Shown piece by piece: positions 36,101 through 48,578 of a stretch of 64,000 bases of DNA; within the stretch, counting starts at the first letter, position 1, and each line of letters begins with the position of its first letter. The notes under the pieces are model-generated. The model was not told where the DNA came from. It was given only the letters and a program-made list of their open reading frames with translations, and did not search any database. The translations under genes were made by a program, and so were the position numbers. This DNA is from Phoronis australis (taxonomy: Eukaryota > Animalia > Phoronida). The stretch covers positions 1,854,727 to 1,918,726 of the forward strand of contig NMRA01000003.1 of NCBI GenBank assembly GCA_002633005.1. The letters are read 5' to 3'.

Positions 36101-37835
36101 TGTTAATTTAAATAAATCCAAGCAGATTTTCATAATTTGAAGGTATGTTCGCTTTATATGTAGTTACAGACTGGATGATCCTGTGGAGTTAGCTGATCTG
36201 CAGATTCGTGAATGGGACCCATTGGTGGCCTGGTTTCAGGACAGGTAAGCTGAGTAGGAAGGAGCTGGAAGGACAGTTCCTTGTCTTAGGTACTGAGCAA
36301 TAGGTGTCCTCTCCAACTCGAGAATAGTAATTTTGTGAATAAAAAGGGACACAGAAGACTGTTCAGATGGTGAATGCCAAAAATGTGGTACCATCATCCA
36401 AACACTCTATAATTTTCAGTTGAGTTTTGTTTACTTTATGCTACTTAAAATATGATAGCTGTTAATAGTAAGACAGATATGCATAAATGTCCACTTTCCT
36501 TCCATTTTGTCCAGGTATAATGTGCCACTGGCCGTGACTTCGGGCTTTTCCAACCCTCCCATTTCTGAAGCTTCAAAGGAAAGCCTACAGAAACACTTGC
36601 TTTCTTATGGCGACTGGGCACTTCATGGTAGGTATTATGTAGGCATCTTTTTTTACCCATAAATAACGCTGTTTAAACTGTGTACATGGCACTATCAAGC
36701 TGTCTGATGCAGCATGTCAGTGTTACCATTTAGCGGTTTGGCCACGCTAATAACAAAACTACTCGACTGTTGTTTTCATTAGTTGCGTGGTTGTATTTCC
36801 TTGTGCTGGCCATCAAACATGTTGTTTTGTTTTTGGAGAAAGAAATGCAAAGTTGTGTTCATTAGGTGAGCATGATTCGCGTAATTTTTCACATATTTAG
36901 CTCACAATATGACCAACAAGTGAAATTTCATTTTATCAAATTTTTCCACAAAAATAACGATTAAGAAATTTTTAGTCTATTACTAGCATGGGTTTCTGTA
37001 AAGTTGTCATAAAACATTTGGTAATTTGTGGCGGGGTAGTCAGCCTTTAAAAAATGAAAAAACTACAATTTTGTCAATTCTGGTTGTGTGCATAAAAGGT
37101 AAATTACCATATTATAGATTGATAATATACAAGTAATACGTTTGTTTTTTAGGATTCCAGTTTGCAGTGGAAGCTGTTAAGTCACTAGTTCTTACCCTTG
37201 CTGTGATAGACAAGCACATCTCAGTTGAAAAAGCTGTAGCTCTTTCTAGGTTGGAACAAGAATTCCAGGTATGCAATGTTGTCTAGGATGAAAAATGTTC
37301 CAAAGGTTTGTGGTGATAGGGACCAAAACATACACATGACGAGTGGTGTATACCAATCAATGACAAATAGTTGTCATACTAGGGAAATTGACGGAAAATG
37401 AATGTGGTAAAGGTGTTATTAAAATGAATAAAAATCTGTGTGCATGTGATACTGTGAATCTGGTGACGAAGGTTATCGCAATTATTGTATGTCGAATTTT
37501 TTGTGGAAAAATTAATTTATGGATTTATGAAATGAAGAGTATAGCCTGGAAAATTAATGGAAAATCGAAACACAGTGAAAATAGGAACTGTGATATAGTT
37601 GCACTGTTAACAAATGTCAAAGCACTAAAGTCAAAACTTTTTATATCTCCATGTAAATGTTCTTTGTCGTGAATAGAGATGTCAATTGTTACAGATCTCC
37701 CAATGGGGAAATGTGGAGTGGCACCATGACATTGACCTGTACGACTTACGAAGCCGGTTGGCAGCAGCCACATTGTTTATCAACCTGGCTAGTGCAAATA
37801 CTAAACAGCAAACAAAGCTGAATAGGCAGAGCTGA
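18138..37835 (+). CDS. ATPAF2: ATP synthase mitochondrial F1 complex assembly factor 2 (Atp12 family), 281 aa, 8 coding exons; not visible in the ORF track
   Basis: Exons: 18138-18243 (Arg-rich presequence-like MAAAIKCVRCVTGREIYLNTRLFCTT..), 34074-34118 (DPKRFYKNVQI), 34775-34920 (GYEINLDKRKLKTP..LALAVAAEW..MHL), 35715-35812 (TALCNTAIENP..FLETDTIC), 36164-36244 (YRLDDP..EWDPLVAW), 36515-36627, 37153-37268 (KSLVLTLA..LSRLEQEFQ), 37695-37835 (QWGNVEWHHD..TGA). All GT-AG, phases consistent, 846 nt. Exon 1 is inferred from phase, targeting-peptide character and synteny. Confidence 0.93.
19952..22670 (-). pseudogene. Spliced Pif1-family (SF1B) DNA helicase pseudogene inside the TIR element
   Basis: Exons (minus strand): 22263-22670 (TGQAGSGKT Walker A, ASTG, TLHSF, LIVDEMSML, PFG); 21938-22133 (AGDFYRLPPV; LTDVKRQ; frameshifted); 21351-21453 (LDRPL*..IYATN; stop and frameshift); 20684-20863 (N..IELPG..LYVKTG/LLANLSHSVVNGSQGIV); 19952-20098 (RTQFPLKLA*AMTFHKAQG). 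All introns GT-AG. The motif VI exon was not found. Confidence 0.85.
20150..20640 (-). mobile_element. 3' fragment of a non-LTR retrotransposon (L1/Tx1-like, zf-RVT), nested in a Pif1 intron
   Basis: DRCTFCRNEPESSEHLFWGCTSVEPVWK (CxxC..H...C zinc knuckle typical of LINE ORF2 C-termini); frameshifted. Confidence 0.7.
27740..27970 (+). repeat. Degenerate ~70-78-bp GC-rich tandem repeat, ~3 copies
   Basis: Recurring CCTACCTCSTACATTTYCMRAGTACCCCCKGGG...GGACTTKTGYCACTGTCRCRCC units. Confidence 0.75.
28560..30800 (-). pseudogene. Decayed DNA-transposon transposase (hAT-like RNase H fold with C-terminal Tudor-like segments)
   Basis: Collinear frameshifted fragments: HNLAGLAEQANKTLATWE; ESGSTRLVRTICKA; PFNGNHFNILFENAA; GLISEITTESLWRKLE..WSSDAS..LRDHLEG..ITSVPVT (cf. 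the hAT-type SxPxT..ER dimerisation motif); WYRGVVCS and VDHCFKSTDDGEEYWYTSKVLS. Family recognised from memory; termini not located. Confidence 0.55.
32439..32560 (+). repeat. 40-bp tandem repeat x3
   Basis: GACCAACACAACAGTTCACCAGCAACATTAKTCAATGTGA at 32439, 32479 and 32519. Confidence 0.95.
33114..33430. mobile_element. 317-bp Tc1/mariner-type MITE
   Basis: TA|CAGGGTGCCTCAAAATTATG ... CATAATTGTGAGACACCCTG|TA: 20-bp TIR with 2 mismatches and a TA duplication. Confidence 0.8.
34454..34723 (-). pseudogene. Orphan THAP-domain exon antisense within ATPAF2 intron 2
   Basis: TTTGCAG acceptor followed by RCHSWWINTRKEDW...LCEEHFSHDHF...LCKDAVPTIY: the W, C..HF and AVPT(I)F/Y hallmarks of the C-terminal two-thirds of a THAP zinc finger. 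The first exon (CxxxxC) was not found. Confidence 0.7.
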
Positions 37836-38175
37836 AACCACAGTAGTCGGACTTACTAAAGCAGGGACTGTATGTTGAGAGCATAGGCAAAACTGGTGTT
37901 CTTTTAAAAATTAGCAGCTTTGGTAATAGTCAGTTTCAGGGGTTCCACATTTTGAGAAGCAGGTTTCTTCGCCATGTGGGCATCTACCTGATTCTCAAAA
38001 TTCGGGACTCCTGTGAGTGACTATTTCCAAAAGTTGCACCAGGATTACCAATCTTAAATGTGGTGAGATCTTTCCTTCATCATCAGGTTTTTGTGACATT
38101 AAACCTCCGTAATGAAATGTTCTCAAAAGGGAAGCAATTCAAGTTTTTCACGGACTTCCAACATGGGTGCGTGTG

Positions 38176-38501
38176 GACACACGCTCGTGTAATGTATTTG
38201 ATTGTGACTACAGGTTGAGTTATTGCATTTAATTACACTTAACATGGAAAATGGAAAAATTGACACACGCACGTGTAATGTATTTGATTGTGACTACAGG
38301 TTGAGTTATTGCATTTAATTACACTTAACATGGAAAAATTGACACACGCACGTGTAATGTATTTGATTGTGACTACAGGTTGAGTTATTGCATTTAATTA
38401 CACTTAACATGGAAAAATTGACACACGCACGTGTAATGTATTTGATTGTGACTACAGGTTGAGTTATTGCATTTAATTACACTTAACATGGAAAAATTGA
38501 C
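38176..38501 (+). repeat. 79-bp tandem repeat x4 between the ATPAF2 and DRC3 stop codons
   Basis: GACACACGCACGTGTAATGTATTTGATTGTGACTACAGGTTGAGTTATTGCATTTAATTACACTTAACATGGAAAAATT at 38176, 38262, 38341 and 38420; nearly identical copies. Confidence 0.95.
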
Positions 38502-39150
38502 AAACCTACGTAAATTATTTTTTGGGAAGTTGTAAAAAGCTATATCGTATGAAGTGAAAGTTATGCAAATCATGTGTGCTTTGTTATTCTTATCAATCTG
38601 TTTAAATACTGGCTGTATGTAACATGTATATAGTGCATTGGTATACTATTTATCTTGTGTGTATGTCCTGGAGTCAGTTTTCATTATTCAGTATTTCTCA
38701 CTGTCCTACGTGATATCTGTGCGCTTTTTCACCATTGTGGTTTGTGTGGTTGCCAAAAACACTACTTAACACTGTTGATTAGGTGATTGGTATAACATCA
38801 GACAAATGTTAAATGGCCCTCTGCTCAATAGCAGAACACTGCAGAAAATCATGAATACAATTTTATGTCAATATATTTATTAAAAACGATACTTTACATA
38901 ATTATTTTAAACAATGAGTAATAAATATTTATCAATACTATTCAAAGTATTGTAAATGTTCAATGTTGGAATGTACAAAGACAAGTTGTACTGAGCTAGA
39001 GTGTGTTTCATGTACACTACAGGTTAGTGCCAAGCCTGAAGTGTTGTGTACAACACTGAGTTCACAATATTCAGCAACAGTTGCAACTTCACCAGAGACG
39101 TGTTGTGTCACTCATTTGTCTCATTTCTAAGAACTTTTCCAGCTTGCAAC

Positions 39151-42100
39151 CTATTGGTAGGCAGGCAAGTCGAGGTTGTCAATCTCCTCGCGAAGGTGAT
39201 CAATGAGATTGTTTATTTCCGAGACACGTGACCGGTTCCTCTTCACTTCCTCTACTTCGTGGATTTGTTCAATGAGGTTTTTCAACCAAGTGTTGATCTT
39301 CGTTATCAAGTCATCCTCCCGATTGTCTATTTTCAGTAAATGAACATCATGTGACGTGCTCACAGCATTCATTATGGTGTCTTTGTCCACGCATAGCTGT
39401 AACAACACAATTGTGGTTATTTACATTACAAATCTTTGCCAATTCTACTGCTTGTACAGACTACTACTGCCATCACGTTCTCGGTGATGAATGAAAATAT
39501 ATCGTTTACTGGACTTGCTAGATTGAAGCGACATTGCGCCCATCTCTCCCAGGCTGCTGGCTAGTGACTGGCTGGAAGTGGGCATGTCATGTGACTGATC
39601 ATATGACAGCCGGCACAAGAGATCTTGAATCGTGTTACTCCAGTGCCCAGTCTCGAATCTTTTTACTCTAAATGGAACTCGAAATAATGTTTGTCATTTT
39701 TTAATCTACTTTTGTGCGACCTCAAGATAAGTGTCTGTTGCTCTATGATCGAGTGCATAATGACTTACGTGGATGATTTATTTGTCCTAGTTTGTAGTTG
39801 ACAAATCCAACATTAAAGCTAAAAGTTCCGAATTTGAACTCGAAATTTTGAGTTTTTACTCGAGTTTGTAGCACGAATATAAGGGTTTTTAAGTGCAAAC
39901 TTGGACTAGAAACTCGTATGCATAAACTATAATTATTCGAGCACAGTCTGATAACCACTTCTCTTGAGTTCGCAGAGAAATTGCCAAAAGTAATTTTGAG
40001 TTTGTTTCGAGTACAAAGTTTAGAGACCGGACCCAGATTGGCAACCGCAGGCCTCCGTGTCTATTCAGAGAAGGCTGTTCTAATCCCTCGGACATTGCTT
40101 CTTCGCACCACGTTTGTAGCAGTTTCCTGTTTGTCGATGATTTTGACATCATCAAACTCTACATCATGTTCAGTCAGTCGCTAGCCTGCGGAAGCCCGGG
40201 AGACATGACATCGCTTCAATCCAGTAAGTTCTGATCAGTAATTGTTTTATTTTCATTCATCATTTGCAACCAACAAGATGCCTCAAAATATCCACTGCAT
40301 GATCACGTTCTAGGTGTTGGCAGGTCTGTTATCTTCTTTTATTATGAAGTCATGGTGCATGTGTGACATTATTGAAAATTGATTAAAAAATCACGACCAC
40401 GTCAACAACTAGTTCAGAGGCATTTCCTTCATAAAACTGCTTGGTAAATTTGTGCAAGTTTTCCACTAACATTAGGAAGGTGGGAAACTTGACAATAGCC
40501 AGACACATGTAATCAATGACTTGCACATTAGGTTATTTGTAAAGGGACTAGTTGGACGAGGCTGCTTATAGAAGGCGTGTTTGAGGTTTTCTGCATTGTT
40601 TTAAACCATGTCGTCTAACCTACCATTCTGAGATCTTCAGATATCTCTTCCTCCAGTTCGTTTTTCACCACTTTCTCCAGTGTTACTATAGCAATTTCTA
40701 GTAGTTTCTCATGGTGTACGTTCTCATAATCCCGACACTGGCTGAAGTAACCTTGCACTTGTTCAATAGTCACGCTCACCATGTCGGCAAGGTTACGTTC
40801 AAAGTCCTTCACTGCATCCTGCAAAAACAGTAACAGAAATTTTACCACCAACAGAACAGTTAACGCAGCATACACAATTCTAATGGGAATAAAAGCAACT
40901 GAAACATGATCTAGTGTGCAATATTTATTTACTAAGCAGTGCATAAAAAGTTATAAATTGCTATAAACCCACATTCAGTCAAAGAAACTTAACTTTTGAC
41001 TTAGACTAGTTGCCACTATAAAATAGGTCTCGACTAGTTCTTTCTGCAGGTGAAAAGAGGTTTCTGGTCTTGCAAAGAATTGGTGGTCGAAACAATGCTC
41101 AGCAAATAAAAAGTCGCTGTCAACAGTCAAACTGTGGAGATTGGTGACGTACTCCAGTTATGATGAACTAGCAGAAGCAATAATGGACACGAGCTGCAGC
41201 ATTACTTCATGTCCCTGAAGCTGCTGGTGGTAACTAGATGAGGGAAACAAATGCCAATCTACAGTCCTTGACTGAGACTGTTCACTTCGGTTTGCGCAAC
41301 TGTGGAGGCTGTTGTGGACAGAGCCGAAACGGCCAAGGAAGGAGGATTGCCACCAAATGACAGGACTGGCGTCATCACACCAGACTTTTGCATGTAACTA
41401 ATTTCCAAACCCACAAATCACATCTATTTTGACTTGCCAACAATTAGGTAAAATTTCATAATGGAAAGTGGACTAAATCAAAAGTTTTTAATGGAAGGTG
41501 TATTTATAGCCACTTTAAAGTGATAGGTTACCTTTGTTACCAGGGACCAAATTTCACCTTTTGATGAGAATCCAATACAACTATATTTTTAAAGTTGTTG
41601 ACGATCACAGAAGCTTATCGTGTGCCACTAAAATAGTGTCCACGTGTTTATAATCATTTGAATGCATTTTTTCTAAGAATGGTGATTTTTCTATATAACA
41701 AACAGACTCCTCTCCTAAGTTACTCTCTTTACTATTCAAAGTGACTGCCAAAATTGTACCCCCCCCAGGTGTCCCCTTCACTTATGCAAATGACTGCCAT
41801 AAATTGTACTCCCCCACACACCCCTCCACTCTCTAACTCTAGTTTCCCAGGCATCTCTTGCGAACTTCTAATTCTGGCGAGAACATTGGCTTGGATTCAC
41901 CATACTAGTACCTTTGGCAAGAAATAACTTGCATTACCCAAGCCACTCAGCCTGAGCCAATTTCAGATGGTACCAGTTAAAATGTGGCAGCAAAACGTTC
42001 AGTAAATCACATTTTGCTCTCAATAAAGGCAACAAGGGAAATTATTTTTTTTATAAATGGATAAGTTATATTACCTTATTGAGCATTCTAAAGCAAGACA

Positions 42101-45100
42101 ATGATCATAAACTAGTGTTTGACACAGCCTCCAAGTAAAAGACAGCAAATGATAGTTGAGTGATTGAAACACTACCTCAGCTTTTCAATTAGACCACAAA
42201 ACTTTCCTTGATCCCTAATTACTAAGCGCTGTATATACACCCACCTCCAGCTGATCCACCAGTTGCATTTCCAAGCCCATCAACGTGTCCCACAGCTCCG
42301 ACACTTTCTGACCGTATTCTGATATTTGCACCTCAATCATCTTCTGATCAGTCATTTGCATCAAGTCAACAAACAGCTGAAAATGAAGGTTTAGCAATTA
42401 TTTGTCACTCACAGTAGGTACAATAACTCTATGTTGTCTTTCCCAGCTCTGCGATGATTTGGGTAAGGAAGTGTGGCACAATTCCTACCTCCAAATAGAG
42501 TTTTTTGAAGTATAATTTCTACAGTAGTTACTACCTTGCTCAACTCATCACATAACTCGTTAGTCTGCAAAAGTCGTCTCCTCACCTTCAGTTTCACTTA
42601 CATGCCAACACGTATCAGTCGTCAGTGTTTGTCAGTTTTTTTTTCAGTCCTGAAGGTGACAAGTACGGTAGCCCAATAGTGCCATTTTGAAGTGAAGAAA
42701 AGTATTTTAAAATCTGGCAGCCGCCACTGAATTAACGTTAAAACATGCAAGAGAACTAACTGACAGCTGCCAGATAATTATGTGGTGGTCGCCAGATAAT
42801 AAAATATTTTTCTTTACTTCAAAATGGCACTACTGGCCTTCAGTAGACAAGTTAAGTGAGATAGGGTGATGAAATAAGAATAAAGCAAAGTGGCATTTGA
42901 ACTCAAGGACAAAATGTCATAAACATGACTTGAGACAGTTTCATAGTACAGTGTGAATACCTGCCCCAATACATGACGTGGAGTGCTGCAAACGACTTTA
43001 AATAAGTAGTGCCCTTGGACGTGTCTACTTAAAACCTTTTCACCGCATTCATGTTTGCCTGCTGAATGGCACCACATCAGAGGTTTACACAGCAGCCGTC
43101 TTGGAAGGCGAGAATTTTATGTTGGACACGCTCGACGGGGCAGACAGAATTAAAAAAGAATGGAAAAGTTTTAAAAAGTTGCTTGCTAGCAAGAACAAGG
43201 CGTGTTCGGTCAATTTTTTGGGGGGAAATTTGGACTCCCAGTTTTGGAATCCTGTATAAACCCCTGCATCGCATCCTCAGACTGTCACTGCATACACAAT
43301 TTAAAACAGCTGTACGTAAAATTTGTTTACTAGATATGTTTATTTCACACAATCTCAAGTATTGACTTACTTTTTTCTTGTAATCCAGGAATGTGTTAAT
43401 GGCCCTCATGCCACTATCTTTGTTTTCCTGCTTGGCTTCATTGATACAGTCCCAGAACTGTTGAACTTCTGCTTTCCGCTTCTCATACTCTGACAGTCCA
43501 TAATCGAAAATTTGTTGACATACACCCGCAAACTTCTCTTGAAATGTGCACAATGTTAAGGAAGACAGTGTTGGCATTTTTAACATTTATCACGTAGAAA
43601 ATAAATCTGAAACTAAATAAGGTGATCCAGATCCTCCCAAGGATACAATTGTTTCACGAATTGTAGAATATAAATAGGTAAATAAAACAACAAGAATGGA
43701 TCAACTGAAATTTATGTAATAACGTCCTTTGTCAACAGAAACAGAAATAACATTTATCAGTAATTCTACAATTGAAGAAATGAACACAAAATGGCGACAT
43801 GACTTTTAGTAACAAAAATTGAAACAAAAACATTCTAAAAATCAGCATTTCAGGAGAAATTAACATTTTTTAAATTTCTTTTTGCAGTGTCATCTGGATC
43901 ATTTTAGTTTTTTGCAGGATATTCCGTACGAATTGACAAAACGTCTTGGAAGGTGTTGATGAAACTTTGCACTAAGATATATTGTGGGTGTGTGAGGGCA
44001 CCAGGGCCCAGTTGCATACAAGTTATACGTTGTATCGCAACAATGACGTCGCATTATCACGCGCCACGTAGTTATTGTTGAACAAAGCACCTGACGTCAT
44101 GCAACAATCAAACTTATCCAGCGGATAACTTTTGAAGCTTTATGCAATTTAGCCCGGATGATTTTCAAATGCATTCAACTACTGCGTATCACTCCCTGTT
44201 AGCCGTTTCAGTTTTTGCAAAGATAATGGTTGTCCTTTATAATAGTCAAAATAGGTTTGACAGGTTTTGATGGGTCCTTGGAAAAGAGGTATGTGCCCGA
44301 GATGCACCAGCACCAGCTGATTTTCAGCTGTGATATAATAGTACCTAAATTACATGTGAGCTAAATATACACCCCTAAAAGCACTGTTTTTGGCATAGCC
44401 GTGGGAACATTTTGATGCTTTCTGTTTTAGACAAGCATCGTAAAAATTACTTGAAATTGTTTCGATTGTGCAAGCTAAGATTCTAAATTCAGGAGAAAAT
44501 ATGGAATCACGGTAAGAAAAAAATACATCAAAACGATTTGACCAACTGAAGCTACATAGTTATGTATAAAAGGATATACAATGATGAGTTCGTCAACGCC
44601 AGGCATTTCCTTCAGTTTCTGCCCTTCTCCATCTTCAGCATACAAACTTTCAAATAAGAACGGTCCATTCAGGTGCTCCACAAATGCCATCTGGAATTAA
44701 ATACAGCGGTACATTACATGTGGCCATGAGTCAAAGTACAGCGGAAAACATCTTAGTACTGAAAACTAACAAAACTGAGGACTTCCCTTTGACACAGCAC
44801 TCTTTTAATATTAAAAATAACCCATTTCCTCAACTAATGAACAATGCTTCTAAGGAGTTCTGTGATACTACTGAATGATGATTGTGATCAATACCAATGA
44901 ATAAGTCCAGAAAACGACAATTTTCATCTACTTAATCAATAATATTTACCTGAGAGAACATTAGCTGACAACTCATCTTGTGCTGCCTGTAAACACTGCC
45001 TGCCAACCCACCTGATGTTACCTGTGAATACTGTCTGACAAACCACCTGATGTTACCTGTGAATACTGTCTGACAACCCACCTTATGTTACCTGTGAATA

Positions 45101-48100
45101 CTGTATGACAACCCACCTGATGTTACCTGTGAATACTGCCTGACAACCCACCTTATGAAGCTCCAGTTCCTCAGCAGCCTTGGCTGCTTCAGCTGCCTTC
45201 CTCTCCAACGCTGCTTCATCATGTTTGATCTCCTCTATAGCCAGGTGGTATTTCTCATTAGCTGCACCTCTCTACAATGCACAACATGTATTTGCTATAC
45301 ACACCAGAGTGCAAACCAAATCACCATACATTGGGCGTAATGACAAATCACGTGTCTGTCACTTTGTTTAAGAGAGTAATTGACACTCATCAAGACATCA
45401 CACCAGAGTCAAAACTTCACCTCATAAGTAGCGTAACATTAATCATGTTGTTAATATGTAATAAAGTAAAATGCACACCTGTCACAATCACACAAAGACG
45501 TATTATTAATTAAGTATAATTTAAAACACCTCCAAGATAAGAAGTTCAAGTCAACCCATATCAAAAAGTGGCAAGTCAATATAAACGTACTGTACTTTCG
45601 TCCACCATCCTATAATCCAGATAATCCAGAGTAGGCAGGTGAGCAATAACAAATGCTCTGTAGTTTTCATCTTCACAGAAAGGATTGCCACTGAGGTTTA
45701 ATGTCCTCAAACATTTGAATCTCCTCAAGTAAACTACCTGAAATTACAGAAAATGCACTATAACACAAAGTATCGTCATAAATGATAGACAACAGATTTG
45801 CCACTCAGATATTTTCTTATGGAATTCCAAGAGGAGGCACCACGTTCCAGTTAATGAGTATACAACCTACTTGCCGGAAGTTAAACCATGTATCACAGAA
45901 GGTGCCACTAGTGAATAGAAACATTGCAGCCAACAGTGTTGGTCGCGGCTTGTACGGAAGATCACAGACTTTGTATGTGCAGAGTTAGCAGTCCATATAC
46001 TACAGTCTATGGTACCATAGTTATCAGCTGAATGTTTTTAACACAATAGAAGTTACAAGTCACCAGCAATCTCACAGTTAATGCTCCTCAGGCCTTTTAC
46101 ATTATTTGCTTCCTGGTCAAATATAAGTTCCATCATTTAAAATGGATTGTACAAAAAGTTCTTAAAAATATAAATTCTGCTACTTGTTTGAAATGCAGTT
46201 TGCCCAGTCATTTCATTACAGCCAATTTCCAAGTCTATTTTTCCTTTTAATTACTGTTTAGAAATATTTTTTCGATACAGAATGTTAGATATTACAAATG
46301 TAAAACATAAATATTATTTCATTTACTGGAAAACTACATTCTCGAACACTGTCAAGTCATTGCTATCTGCTAGCAAACTACATTCTCTAACTCTTTCAAG
46401 CCCTTGTTATCTACTGGTAAACTTCATAACATTGAACAAAGGTATACATTTTCTAACTCTGTCAAGCCATTGTTTCCAATGGACAGCACATGAAGGTTGA
46501 CAAGTGCATCCATATTCTCAACCCTCTCAATCCTGTTGTTATATAATGTAAGGTCTTGTAACTTCACTAAATGGTCCAAGCCTTCAATCACTTCGATGTT
46601 GTTGAAAGATAGGTCTGCAAAGCAAAACGTAATCATAAGACATAATTGGTGTGTTGATATACAATATTAGGTCTTGAAACTTTGCTAAGCAGTCAAAGCC
46701 TTCAATTACACCGATTTTGTTGAAAGAAAAATCTTAAAAGCAAAAACTAGTAGTATATAATTGTTTTATTCCATTTCTTTTGGATTCTTTCCCTATGAAG
46801 AAAGTGACAAAATCTCAGTGCCACTAATTTCAGGAATAAAATAACCGAATCAATGCAAATTCAGCATTACTAATTGTTATTTTCAATAGTCTAAAAGCAA
46901 GTAATCAGTTCAGCCTTTGGTTTCTTAGTAATGGACTTCTTAATGTCATTTTATCATTTATGACCCAAAGTCACCAGGCCTTTGTTTGATAATTGCCCCA
47001 AACATCCATTCGACCTTAACCATCCTCACCACACATGAAAGAAAATAGTTCCTCTTGATTTTAGGCAATTCATAGAAGCGTGGTAAATGACTGGAGTGAG
47101 GTAAATAATTGGCATGCATGTCACTTGTCAGGGTCCGCATTGCCTTAATTTTGAGGTCAAATATCCACCTTGAGATTCCCCATTGAAAAATATTTGAAGA
47201 TAAGAAACATCCCTAATCAGGCCCAAAAATTCATCTTGGATCATCAAAAGTTCCCCACAAGGTCAGAATCAGATTCAACTCATGCAGACACCACCTGGTT
47301 CTATGACACTGTAAAAGTTCGGACTTTACAATGCCATGACCACCAGCCTCAATGAGGAACAGGATATGGATTAGGTTATTGCAAAAGCAGATGAAGGTGA
47401 TTGCAAAGAGTCCTTCAAGATAGTGCTGGGTTCCCTTCCTACCAGACACTACTAAGTCCAGCCCAAGTGAAGCCACAATGAAAGGTAAGATTAGCAGGCA
47501 ACCTAAGCAGTGCACACCACAAATTATTGTACAAAAATATTACTTTGACTGTAGTGACAGAGGAAGGGTGGGGACAGGGTGGGAGTACAATTGGTGGCTA
47601 ATGGAAAGGAGGGATTTTCATCTAATTGTATTGCAGATGATAGGCTACCCAGGCAACTCAACAATGGAGAAAGATCATATCGGCCTTTCACTATCGCTCC
47701 TTTTCAGAACGGTCATTAAACCACAAAAAGTAATGCGTAAATAATAAATTGCAAGTACTTAGCCAACATCACTTCACATTGCTCAAATCTTTAAGGCATT
47801 GTGAAATAATTAATGATGCAAAATTTAATCTAAGCACTGCCAAAATGCAAAATCCTACCTAACCAGACCAAATTGACCAGTTGGTCAAGGCCCTCTATTT
47901 TTTCTATGATGTTGTTGTCCAATTGCAGCTTGACCAAGGATTCAAACCACCACATGTTGTCGATTTTTAAAATGTCTGAAAAAAAATTTAAAGAGCCATT
48001 CCACTAAGTCCCAAACGATTACACGTAAAACAAATTCAGCTCTGGGTCAATATAAAACACATCCCAACAAAATAGTTTTAAAAAATCCATCTCGTTTTGC

Positions 48101-48578
48101 TCTGTTTAACTTGAGTATTAAAGCAGGCTCAGTACATTAATTCCCATAATGCACTGCTCTAGGTCAATGGGAAGACTCACCATTAATTTTGGCACTTAAC
48201 CCATAACTGATGCTTTCTTACTCTAAAACGGTGTGACAGAATAGAAGTAAACATCTTTGAGTGCAATAACACTGACCTTTGTTCAGTGACTAAATGACTA
48301 CTATCAGCATGATCAAATAGTTCATTGGATGGTTGTCAAGTACACTAAGCCATCAGTTTAAGATAGGTTCACAAAAACAAAACAATTGGCTGCCAGGCAA
48401 TTCCCCATTGGTTCTTACTTTTAAAGTCAAGCCTTAACTCCATCACATCTCCAAAGTCTATTCCTTCTGATTTAGCTATTCTGCCTGCCTCTTCCTTTGG
48501 CCCCTGCTCCTCCACAGCTGCCTTCAGCATCTCCTCATCCACCACAGCCGGCTCAACTGTGTCGTACAGTCGACTCAT
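39151..48578 (-). CDS. DRC3: Dynein regulatory complex subunit 3 (LRRC48): N-terminal LRRs and C-terminal coiled coil, 10 coding exons
   Basis: Exons (minus strand): 48419-48578 ([38 protein letters not shown]), 47859-47975 ([29 protein letters not shown]), 46448-46614 ([13 protein letters not shown]), 45591-45737 ([19 protein letters not shown]), 45152-45271, 44578-44690 (AFVEHLNG), 43371-43545, 42245-42376 ([13 protein letters not shown]), 40624-40818, 39151-39396 ([23 protein letters not shown]). Phases are consistent when the AT-AC intron is used. Confidence 0.94.
39487..40260. mobile_element. ~770-bp foldback/MITE-like element in the last DRC3 intron
   Basis: Imperfect ~90-bp inverted repeats: ATGAATGAAAAT..ACTTGCTAGATTGAAGCGA..GGCTAGTGACTGGCTG versus the reverse complement of 40170-40260 (ATGAATGAAAAT..ACTTACTGGATTGAAGCGA..GGCTAGCGACTGACTG). 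Confidence 0.55.
43546..44577 (-). other. U12-type (minor spliceosome) AT-AC intron of DRC3
   Basis: Donor ATATCCTTT starting at 44577; branch site TTCCTTAAC at 43563-43555; terminal AC at 43547-43546. Splicing restores ELII-V-FQEKF in frame. Confidence 0.93.
44004..44155. mobile_element. ~150-bp PIF/Harbinger-like MITE (copy 2), inside the U12 intron
   Basis: GGGCCCAGTTGCATACAAG ... CTTTATGCAATTTAGCCC; homologous to 481-631. Confidence 0.55.
45001..45157 (-). repeat. 35-bp tandem repeat (4+ copies) that includes the DRC3 exon-5 donor junction
   Basis: Minus-strand unit GTGGGTTGTCAGACAGTATTCACAGGTAACATCAG; period 35 (plus-strand registers 45012, 45047, 45082, 45117, 45152). Confidence 0.9.
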
